64,000 nt of DNA from a virus: positions 1 through 64,000 of the IMG/VR virus record IMGVR_UViG_3300032217_000845, one strand, 5' to 3'. The notes beneath the pieces are model-generated. The model had not been told where the DNA came from and searched no databases. It saw only the letters and a list, made by a program, of their open reading frames with translations. This document shows positions 30,674-37,708 of the stretch, one piece after another. Numbering within the stretch: position 1 is the first letter of the stretch; each line of letters begins with the position of its first letter. Both the position numbers and the translations under genes were made by a program.

Positions 30674-30745
30674 GGACTGGCGTAGCCAAGGTGCTACGAG
30701 TCGATTCGGTAAGTAGTAGTCGGTAGTGCAAATCTACACAGTCCA
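30674..30745 (+). ncRNA. non-canonical tRNA-like RNA (72 nt)
   Basis: GGACTG/CAGTCC-A acceptor-like stem, CGTAGC/GCTACG arm, CGATT/AGTCG arm with an 11-nt loop, GTAG-TGCAAAT-CTAC T-like arm. Confidence 0.6.
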
Positions 30746-30750
30746 CTAAA

Positions 30751-30870
30751 GGCTCTTTACTGCTGAGTCCACAAGACCAACCAGCAGAGCGAAAGCTTGA
30801 GACGACTCGAAAGAGTGGGAACCTCTGGAACCAAGGTCCAAACTTGGGAAAAGTCAGTACTAGGTCTTCC
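30751..30870 (+). ncRNA. putative structured RNA between the tRNA-like element and tRNA-Asn
   Basis: Two GAAA-tetraloop hairpins, a CCAAG/CTTGG hairpin, and long-range TACTG/CAGTA and AAGACC/GGTCTT pairings. Confidence 0.5.
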
Positions 30871-30872
30871 AA

Positions 30873-30944
30873 TGACCATTAGCTCAACGGCAGAGCAGAG
30901 AGCTGTTAACTCTAAGGTTCCTGGTTCGAATCCAGGATGGTCAG
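30873..30944 (+). tRNA. tRNA-Asn (GTT)
   Basis: TGACCAT/ATGGTCA acceptor stem, GCTC/GAGC D-arm, CT-GTT-AA loop, GGTTCGAATCC T-arm; no encoded CCA. Confidence 0.95.
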
Positions 30945-31016
30945 CAAATAAACTTGACATCTTGATTCATGTGTGCTAGCTTTTCCTTACACGTTAAATA
31001 CGTAGGAAGGAACGAC

Positions 31017-31244
31017 ATGGCGACACACGCTAAGGAGCTAAAAGAGCTCATAAAACAGGCCCAGAAGCAGGGCTGGATAATCACCCCAAATAACAAGAAC
31101 CACTACAAGTGGACTTCCCCTAGCGGAGCATTTTTCTTCTCTGCAGGAACACCCTCTGACTGGAGGGCACTAAAGTACATTGTGCAGTATCTTAGGAAGT
31201 ATGGGTTTGATGACCCGTCTAAGAAATCGAAGGGTAGTAAGTAA
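31017..31244 (+). CDS. HicA-like mRNA interferase fold protein
   Basis: ELIKQAQKQGW....NHYKW.SPSG...TPSD.RA...LRKYG; AGGAAGG RBS; no HicB neighbour. Confidence 0.65.
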   Translation: MATHAKELKELIKQAQKQGWIITPNNKNHYKWTSPSGAFFFSAGTPSDWRALKYIVQYLRKYGFDDPSKKSKGSK

Positions 31245-31429
31245 TGGGTATTGACGCATATGACTACGGAATCAAAGACGGTATAGCTGCTGAACGCAAG
31301 CGTATCCGTGATTGGGTTGAGAGCAACAGACGTGCTTTTGAGCTGGACGATGATGTATTTATCTATCGTGACAGCTTCGGCTCCGAAGACCTGTTGAGGT
31401 TTATTGATAGTGGGGAGCAACCAGAATGA
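31244..31429 (+). CDS. hypothetical protein
   Basis: TAATG coupled; AAERKRI motif. Confidence 0.6.
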   Translation: MGIDAYDYGIKDGIAAERKRIRDWVESNRRAFELDDDVFIYRDSFGSEDLLRFIDSGEQPE

Positions 31430-31578
31430 GTACACCTGTAAAGATTGCATGGGCACTATTTGCTGCTGCTTTAATCTGGATTGGGGCTGCTAGTGGTCAG
31501 GGTCCAACTAACTGCTGGGACCAGTACCAGACCGAAGATGAAGCCATCATGCATTGCGAGAATCACGATGACAACTGA
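31426..31578 (+). CDS. small secreted/membrane protein (50 aa)
   Basis: ATGA overlap; MSTPVKIAWALFAAALIWIG...NCWDQY...HCE, read by hand. Confidence 0.55.
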   Translation: MSTPVKIAWALFAAALIWIGAASGQGPTNCWDQYQTEDEAIMHCENHDDN

Positions 31579-31711
31579 AGAAATCGTCCTTAGAGTCTTT
31601 TTGACTTATTTAGCTATCTTTGGTATATTCAATCTAGGTGGTCTTATCTACCTTAGGCTGTTCGTAGCTAAGAAAGAAAAAACCCCTGTAACTAGGCGTA
31701 CTAAAGCCTGA
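31568..31711 (+). CDS. small membrane protein
   Basis: MTTEEIVLRVFLTYLAIFGIFNLGGLIYL plus a basic tail. Confidence 0.5.
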   Translation: MTTEEIVLRVFLTYLAIFGIFNLGGLIYLRLFVAKKEKTPVTRRTKA

Positions 31712-31883
31712 CGTTGTATAAACTTAGGTTTAAAGTTATACAGGAGACTGTCCGATATATTGTGTACGAAGTTAGTACCTTAGTCAAGTAAAAGGAGACA
31801 TAGCATGACAGAGCCCAAAAAAGACTATGACCGCATAATTAAAGAGATTCGCTTAGATAGGGATATGAAAAAGAAGCGTCTAT

Positions 31884-32159
31884 TTGAGCAAGCCAAACGA
31901 GCCCGTAAGAATAAAACCGTCGCCGCAAGTAAGGAAGAAACGAATGAGTAAACCAAATAGTGCTGCTCGTAATACCATGAGTAAGCTTGAACGCCAATGT
32001 TATGACTGGGGATTTGAAGATGCTGAGGAACGCATCATCAAATTGCTAGAGGAACTCAAAGAGTTTTGGTCAGAAAAAATGACTCTTGAATATGGCGAAG
32101 CAACAATGATTAATGTAGATGAAGCAATTGCTCTTATTAAAGGAGAAACCAATGTCTGA
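31884..32159 (+). CDS. hypothetical protein
   Basis: EEERIIKLLE...AIALIKGE; start uncertain. Confidence 0.6.
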   Translation: MSKPNEPVRIKPSPQVRKKRMSKPNSAARNTMSKLERQCYDWGFEDAEERIIKLLEELKEFWSEKMTLEYGEATMINVDEAIALIKGETNV

Positions 32160-32291
32160 TGGATGGACATGTGCAATCTGCAACACCCGACTAAGCACCA
32201 ATAGCAACAGTGCCCACAGTGTAGCTTTTGACCTGGAGATTATCTCTCACGCTAAGGGTCACGAATGTACCTGTGCTGATGGTGCTGATAA

Positions 32292-32543
32292 GTGCTTGCG
32301 ATGCGAGCTGATGAACCAATGAGAGAGTACGAGCTTGACTGTATCCATGGGGTAGGTCACTCTGCTGGGCTACATGGCTGTGACGGCTGCTGTTTACATC
32401 TTACTAAGGCACTTGCTGATAGGGAGATTAGGGCACAGGCTTTGCTGGCTGCTGCTTACATGATTGGCTCTAAGGGAATGCCAAATGACGCTATTATCGA
32501 TATGGCGGAGAAGTTCGTCAAATACATTAAGGAAGGTGCCTAA
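32292..32543 (+). CDS. hypothetical Cys/His-rich protein
   Basis: CIHGVGH...HGCDGCC; real start probably MREYE. Confidence 0.6.
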   Translation: MLAMRADEPMREYELDCIHGVGHSAGLHGCDGCCLHLTKALADREIRAQALLAAAYMIGSKGMPNDAIIDMAEKFVKYIKEGA

Positions 32544-32692
32544 TGGAACCTGAAAACGTCGACGCCAGTATTGATGCTTTACTAGAGCGAATTGAGTTGG
32601 TAGGTGTTGAATTAGAGGTCCTAAGAGAACGTACTGCTTCTCTGAGTGATAGACTGACTTTGCTACAAATGGAAGTAAATGAAGACTTCTAG
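32543..32692 (+). CDS. small coiled-coil protein (49 aa)
   Basis: TAATG coupling; MEPENVDASIDALLERIEL...NEDF. Confidence 0.5.
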   Translation: MEPENVDASIDALLERIELVGVELEVLRERTASLSDRLTLLQMEVNEDF

Positions 32693-32791
32693 CTACAAAG
32701 GATACCCTTGTCGAAAGCATGGGATAAGATTTAAAGGAAGTTACTGCCCTAGGTGTTATAAAGAACGCCGACAAGCAGAAACCTCTAATTT

Positions 32792-32863
32792 GCCCCGATA
32801 GCTCAACGGTAGAGCACCGCTCTTGTAAAGCGGGGGTTGTGGTCTCGGAATCCACTCGGGGCT
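32792..32863 (+). tRNA. tRNA-Thr (TGT) with atypical T-arm
   Basis: GCCCCGA/TCGGGGC acceptor stem, GCTC/GAGC D-arm, CCGCT-CT-TGT-AA-AGCGG; T-arm GTGG-TCTCGGAAT-CCAC. Confidence 0.85.
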
Positions 32864-32888
32864 CTCAAAAACAAACATAGGAGAAATA

Positions 32889-33104
32889 ATGGAAGACCTA
32901 ACGACAATGGTAGGTAAGCACGTAACAATCTGGTGGAACTCCACTGCGTATAGAAACGTGAAGGCAGAAGACCTACTAGTACCTATAAGTCATGGTTATG
33001 GTGTTGTAGAGAACGAGAATAACTTTGGTATCTCTATCCACAATGAGAATGACCAGCATGTGTTTATTCCGTGGAACGCAATTGCTTCGATTACATTTAA
33101 CTAA
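32889..33104 (+). CDS. hypothetical protein (Sm-like fold possible)
   Basis: AGGAG RBS; VFIPWNAIASI end. Confidence 0.65.
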   Translation: MEDLTTMVGKHVTIWWNSTAYRNVKAEDLLVPISHGYGVVENENNFGISIHNENDQHVFIPWNAIASITFN

Positions 33105-33201
33105 TTAAGGTATAATAAGTTTAGATACGCCAATTGGGTATCTATAAATCAGCTGGTCTTCGGACAGCGAAGACTGGCACAAATCACGTCTAAGGAGTGA
33201 A

Positions 33202-33702
33202 ATGAGCAATACAAATAACTGGCCTAAAAACCCGTACCCAGAAAAAGATGGTCCCTGGTCAAACCTAAAGAAACCAGAACCAAAGGTTCTAACTATTCAG
33301 GACCTCTTCCCACGCATTGAGCGTTGGGGAATCGGATGGAGCCCCGTGCTTCAGACCCTCAAAACAATCTCGGATATCAAGCCGACCTACCCGCCGTATG
33401 ACATTATCCGCAAGGAAGATGACTATACAATCGTGGTGGCTGTTGCTGGTATCAAGAAGCATGAGCTTCAGATTACTCTTGATGGTCAGAGCCTTATCGT
33501 CGCCGCAGGTACTGATACATCAGAAGAACTTGTAGGTGAGGTAGTCCACCATGGAATTGCACAGCGGGACTTCAAACTAACCTTTGCGCTCGCAGAGCAT
33601 GTAGTTGTAAAGTCTGCTGGACTGGAGGATGGGCTTCTTACTATCAAGTTGAAGCTTGAGCTTCCAAAGCACTTGGAGCCTAAGACAATCAAGATTGACT
33701 AA
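33202..33702 (+). CDS. Hsp20/alpha-crystallin small heat-shock protein
   Basis: YPPYDI, AVAG, HHGIAQRDF..TF.LAE, A.LEDGLL.I.L. Confidence 0.92.
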   Translation: MSNTNNWPKNPYPEKDGPWSNLKKPEPKVLTIQDLFPRIERWGIGWSPVLQTLKTISDIKPTYPPYDIIRKEDDYTIVVAVAGIKKHELQITLDGQSLIVAAGTDTSEELVGEVVHHGIAQRDFKLTFALAEHVVVKSAGLEDGLLTIKLKLELPKHLEPKTIKID

Positions 33703-33712
33703 TAGCTCTTTG

Positions 33713-33742
33713 AAGACCCCTCGCTTAGGCGGGGGGTTTTCT
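33713..33742 (+). terminator. intrinsic terminator
   Basis: GACCCCTCGC...GCGGGGGGTTTT. Confidence 0.75.
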
Positions 33743-33756
33743 ATTAGGATTGATAT

Positions 33757-34473
33757 ATGACTAAATCCGTTTCCGTCGACGCCGCTATTGTTGTACCCTG
33801 GAGACCAGCAGAGGGTAGAGAGCAGTCATTTGATACTGCTTGGAGATACAACAATAAGGAGTTTGCTGACTTCAAGGTTTACTTCTCGGACAGTGTGGGG
33901 GAAAGATTTAATGTATCTGAGGCTAGAAACCGTGGCTGTCTTCAGGCAATCAAAGATGGTTACAAGACACTAGTAGTCATGGATGCTGACACTATCTTTA
34001 TCAAAGAAGGTGTACTAAAAGCCATCAATGAAGTTAGTACAAAGCATATAGTCAGCTATATCTATACCCACCACTTAGTGGTTGAGGAGCGAGATTCGTA
34101 CTTACTAAGTATTGGTGCTTCTTCTCCAGATGAATTGGCAGAAAGTAATACTTTTGAAGGACATGTTGGTAGTGGCTGGGCAATGTCTAGTGAGATGTTC
34201 TTAGAGATGGGTGGTTGGGACGAGAACTTTCAAGGTTGGGGATGGGAAGACAATGCGTTCCAGAAGGCATATGAACTTCTATTTAGTAGTGAGATGTCCA
34301 GAGCTCCTGGAACCTGTTACAGTCTTTGGCATCCTAAAAGGGATAGTAACAACACAGAGGATAATCGTCTAAGATATGAAAAACTATACAATCAACCTAG
34401 AAATAGTGTAGACATGGTGCGTTCACTCTTGCGTGGCAACATGGTACATCGTTTGAATAGTGATGTAGGATAA
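33757..34473 (+). CDS. GT-A glycosyltransferase (GT2/GT7-C-like)
   Basis: VVPWR, ARN.G, MDAD, GGWDENFQGWGWED, LWH. Confidence 0.88.
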   Translation: MTKSVSVDAAIVVPWRPAEGREQSFDTAWRYNNKEFADFKVYFSDSVGERFNVSEARNRGCLQAIKDGYKTLVVMDADTIFIKEGVLKAINEVSTKHIVSYIYTHHLVVEERDSYLLSIGASSPDELAESNTFEGHVGSGWAMSSEMFLEMGGWDENFQGWGWEDNAFQKAYELLFSSEMSRAPGTCYSLWHPKRDSNNTEDNRLRYEKLYNQPRNSVDMVRSLLRGNMVHRLNSDVG

Positions 34474-34477
34474 GAGT

Positions 34478-34729
34478 ATGAATGAGTATGGCGTTGTACA
34501 GCTGGGAGAGTATCTAGTATCTGTCCCTGGTGCAATCCTGTACCTAATTAGTACCTTCTTAGGTGGGCTACTTGCTTGGGGTATTGCTTCAAATAGCAAG
34601 GTGTTGCACCTGAAGACAAAGGTGTTGCACTTCAGACTAACTAAGTTTCTTGTCTTTGGACTACTGTTTGTGTCAGCAATAACATTACTTTGGATTCAGT
34701 TAGGAGTTTGGTTCTATGTCAAAGCGTGA
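34478..34729 (+). CDS. membrane protein
   Basis: Two hydrophobic helices. Confidence 0.6.
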   Translation: MNEYGVVQLGEYLVSVPGAILYLISTFLGGLLAWGIASNSKVLHLKTKVLHFRLTKFLVFGLLFVSAITLLWIQLGVWFYVKA

Positions 34730-34889
34730 TGTTTGGACTGCCTTGTTTATCTACTTTATTTTGGGTGAGATTCTTTGGACAATTATCTCTATGTCGTTCC
34801 CTTGGCAGGTTTGGCTACTCGGTCAACCTGTTCTTGTCGCCGCAAGTATGGTTATCGTCGGTGCCACTATGGGAGGTAGAGACAAGTGA
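34716..34889 (+). CDS. small membrane protein (57 aa)
   Basis: AGGAG RBS; MSKRDVWTALFIYFILGEILW...; GTGA overlap with the next gene. Confidence 0.55.
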   Translation: MSKRDVWTALFIYFILGEILWTIISMSFPWQVWLLGQPVLVAASMVIVGATMGGRDK

Positions 34890-35233
34890 AGATTCCAACA
34901 ATGCCTATGGAAATCAAGATTGGTACTCAAGTATTCAGAGTAGTAACTCGTGACTCTAAAGAAGATGGAATGCTAAACGAGGGGTCATATGGCTATACTA
35001 TGGACTCGTCTTCGTTGATTGTCATCGACGCCAGTATTTCTAAAGCCAAGCAACGAGTGACCTTTGTGCACGAGATGCTACATGCAATCCAGATGACTTT
35101 TGGCGGCGCAACTAAGCCAAGCAAAGATGCTGACTTTGAAGAGTGGGAGCACTACTTCATCGGTACTTATGAAGAGGCTCTGCTTATTGTTCTGAAAGAG
35201 AATCCAGAAGTAGCGAAGTATCTGACTGCATGA
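34886..35233 (+). CDS. HExxH metallopeptidase-like protein (ImmA/IrrE-like)
   Basis: TFVHEMLHAI...EEWE. Confidence 0.7.
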   Translation: MKIPTMPMEIKIGTQVFRVVTRDSKEDGMLNEGSYGYTMDSSSLIVIDASISKAKQRVTFVHEMLHAIQMTFGGATKPSKDADFEEWEHYFIGTYEEALLIVLKENPEVAKYLTA

Positions 35234-36072
35234 TATTCCACGGCAACGCTGTGGAGTTTATGCGTCAGTTAGAAGATAACTCCGTACAGCTTATTTGGAC
35301 AGACCCTCCGTTTGGAACGGACATGGTTCAGCAGATTGACTCTACTGGTAAGAAGTATCGGGACCTTTCCGTCGACGCAGTTATTGTTCTAATGAAAGAA
35401 GTAGCAAATGAAAGTCTTAGAGTTCTATCTGATGATGGGGTTCTTGCTGTTTGTCTCGATTATCGGGCGGTCCATCAGGTTTATTGCACGCTCTTGGAAG
35501 CGGGGCTTACGCCGCAAGGCGAGATTATTTGGACGTTTGGCTTAGGTCGAGGAGCAACTAAGTGGTGGGCAAATAAGCACAACACTATCCTTCTATTCAG
35601 TAAGACTGGAACGCCTTTCTTCGACGCCAGTAAGGTTCCTATGGTTGAAAGAAAGTGGCCAAAGAAGGGGTATGAGGGGGCTAAGAAGGTGTCGTCTGTT
35701 TGGGATATAACGCTGTCAAATACACATCCTGAAAGAGTTGGCTACCCTAATCAGAAACCATTAGACCTCATAAAGCCTTTCATAGAAGTACACACCCGCG
35801 AGGGTGATTTAGTTATAGACCCGTTTGGTGGGTCTGGTAGTACTGCTAAAGCTGCTCAATTGCTTGGGCGCAGGTATGCAACTGCTGACACGAACTCGGT
35901 GGCAATTGATACAATGAAAGAGAGACTTGGTAGTGATGCATTCGTTGTTTGCGAGTGTTGTGTACTAAGATATTCAGTGGAGCCACCGCTAAAGTGTGGT
36001 CGCGGGTGTAGACCTTGTGGTAGTTGTATAGCAGAGAAAGAAGTTAGAAGTGCGAGAAAAACAGATTCGTAA
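35230..36072 (+). CDS. N4-cytosine/N6-adenine DNA methyltransferase (beta class)
   Basis: TDPPF catalytic motif precedes P.QKP and DPFGGSGST. Confidence 0.9.
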   Translation: MIFHGNAVEFMRQLEDNSVQLIWTDPPFGTDMVQQIDSTGKKYRDLSVDAVIVLMKEVANESLRVLSDDGVLAVCLDYRAVHQVYCTLLEAGLTPQGEIIWTFGLGRGATKWWANKHNTILLFSKTGTPFFDASKVPMVERKWPKKGYEGAKKVSSVWDITLSNTHPERVGYPNQKPLDLIKPFIEVHTREGDLVIDPFGGSGSTAKAAQLLGRRYATADTNSVAIDTMKERLGSDAFVVCECCVLRYSVEPPLKCGRGCRPCGSCIAEKEVRSARKTDS

Positions 36073-36328
36073 GCTGCAGAAGGACCGTCATCTCGCTGAG
36101 ATTGCTTTTACTCTTCTACGTAACCCAACCTTCAAGAACCTCACTCGCTCAGAGCGTCACAAGATGGCAAAGCTTATTTACAAGGCTGAGCTACTTGAGA
36201 TGGAACTGAAAAGCAAAGACCTTAGTAAAACGCTTGCTGCGTTCCAAGACATCATTAATCAAGTTGAATCTCAGATGATTGAGGGCCTTGATGACGATGA
36301 GGATGATGACCCTTTCTTTAATAGATAG
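36050..36328 (+). CDS. hypothetical protein
   Basis: 92-aa ORF with acidic C-terminus. Confidence 0.6.
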   Translation: MREKQIRKLQKDRHLAEIAFTLLRNPTFKNLTRSERHKMAKLIYKAELLEMELKSKDLSKTLAAFQDIINQVESQMIEGLDDDEDDDPFFNR

Positions 36329-36341
36329 TCAGCGTTTTGTG

Positions 36342-36463
36342 TTGACACCTCCCTAAAATTTGATACACTTATAAGTGCAATAGTTGTTTGTTGTTCAACG
36401 TTGTGTATTTCCTTTCTACTAAGTGAACCCCTCTAAGCTGCAAAGCTTAGGGGGGTTTTTCTT
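36342..36463 (+). ncRNA. candidate small RNA unit: promoter, ~85-nt ORF-less transcript, terminator
   Basis: TTGACA (36342)-16 nt-TACACT (36364); U-rich body containing TGTATTTCCTTTC; hairpin 36426-36457 with a T tract. Confidence 0.5.
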
Positions 36464-36577
36464 ATGTCAAAATAAAGAGAACCCCCCAACCGCGAGGTGG
36501 AGGGTTTCTTTCTAGGGGCTTTGTATTACGCGTTATGAGACTGTCAATGAGCGAACGCCTTTATGCCTTATCTAGCT

Positions 36578-37708
36578 TTACTTAGCCTTGTGAGCCAAAA
36601 TCCATTTCAATGGGTCAATTAACTGGTTGTATGCAGCCATGTGACCGTTTTGTTTCTTTGACATTCCCATGTGGAGATGGGCCCCGGTACTTGCGCTACC
36701 GGATGGGCTAGTAGCTTTAGAGCCACCGACCTTACCAATAATCTGACCTAGCTTAACCATGTCACCCTTTTTGACAGTAGCTGAGCTACCTGACTTTGGA
36801 GCCTTAGGGTTAGTAGGTGCGAGGTGGCAGTACTGAGTGAATACCTTATCTAGTGGGTTGTAGATTTCAACTACCCATCCAAGAACGTCAGTCCAAAAAA
36901 CGTTACTAACTTTACCAGCACAAACTGCAGGGATTGGGCTCTGGTCTTTTGGAGACCAGTCCTGACCACGGTGAGGGTGCGAACGGTAAGGAGCCATGTT
37001 GCCAAACTCATCGTTGCGAAGCTTAGGGTTGAATGGTTCCTTGTAGACGTTTGCAGGAACAGCTTTTACAACTGGCTTTGCAGCTACTGGCTCTACTGAA
37101 GCTACTGCAACAACTGGAGCCTTCTTCTCTACTGGAGCTACAGGTTCGTGAGCTGCAACTGGAGCAGTAGGTGCTTCTGCAGGAGTTGGGTTTGGAGCTT
37201 CAGCAACAACTGCTTCGGCTGCAATTACAGTCTTGATAAACTTCATTGGGTCAACAAAGCCTTTACCATCAGCAGACCATACATAAGTCTTACCAGCACA
37301 GATTTCAAAGTGTAGGTGCTTGCCAGTGACATCACCAGTTGCTCCCATCTTTCCTAGAACTGTTCCAGCAGTTACCTTCTGACCAACTTTCACTTGTAGT
37401 GAGTCCTTGACCATGTGAGCGTAAAGAGAGACATACTGCTTGCCATTGATTGTGTGAAGAATCTGAACATAGTAACCAAAGCCACCTAGTGAACCGTCAG
37501 CTTTCTTGCTCTTGCTTGGACCAGCAAAGACAACCTTGCCATCGTGGAATGCCTCGATGTAGATTACGTTTGCTGCACCCCATAGGTCGACACCATTGTG
37601 GTGCTTACGCTTAGTAGGGTCAGTTGGGTGCTGACGCCAGCCGAATGGACTGGTTACTTTGTATTCTTTGCCAACGACGCCGTCGATTGGGTATTGTGTT
37701 TTTGCCAT
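36578..37708 (-). CDS. endolysin with two M23 peptidase domains
   Basis: HNGVD...YAHM...HLHFE and HRGQD...YCHL...HLHMG, separated by a P/A/V linker. Confidence 0.9.
   Translation of the reverse strand: MAKTQYPIDGVVGKEYKVTSPFGWRQHPTDPTKRKHHNGVDLWGAANVIYIEAFHDGKVVFAGPSKSKKADGSLGGFGYYVQILHTINGKQYVSLYAHMVKDSLQVKVGQKVTAGTVLGKMGATGDVTGKHLHFEICAGKTYVWSADGKGFVDPMKFIKTVIAAEAVVAEAPNPTPAEAPTAPVAAHEPVAPVEKKAPVVAVASVEPVAAKPVVKAVPANVYKEPFNPKLRNDEFGNMAPYRSHPHRGQDWSPKDQSPIPAVCAGKVSNVFWTDVLGWVVEIYNPLDKVFTQYCHLAPTNPKAPKSGSSATVKKGDMVKLGQIIGKVGGSKATSPSGSASTGAHLHMGMSKKQNGHMAAYNQLIDPLKWILAHKAK

Noticed and set aside
30674-30745. Selenocysteine or suppressor tRNA
   Set aside because: No long variable arm, no 7-nt anticodon loop, and no TCA/CTA anticodon in position
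30751-30870. Cobalamin or c-di-GMP-I riboswitch, or hammerhead ribozyme
   Set aside because: Only fragments resemble them (GGGAA..AGTCAG; TCGAAAGAGTGGGA; CTGCTGA). The B12 box, the GCAAA/GACGCAAA flanks and the CUGANGA...GAAA core are missing, and the element precedes a tRNA rather than a CDS
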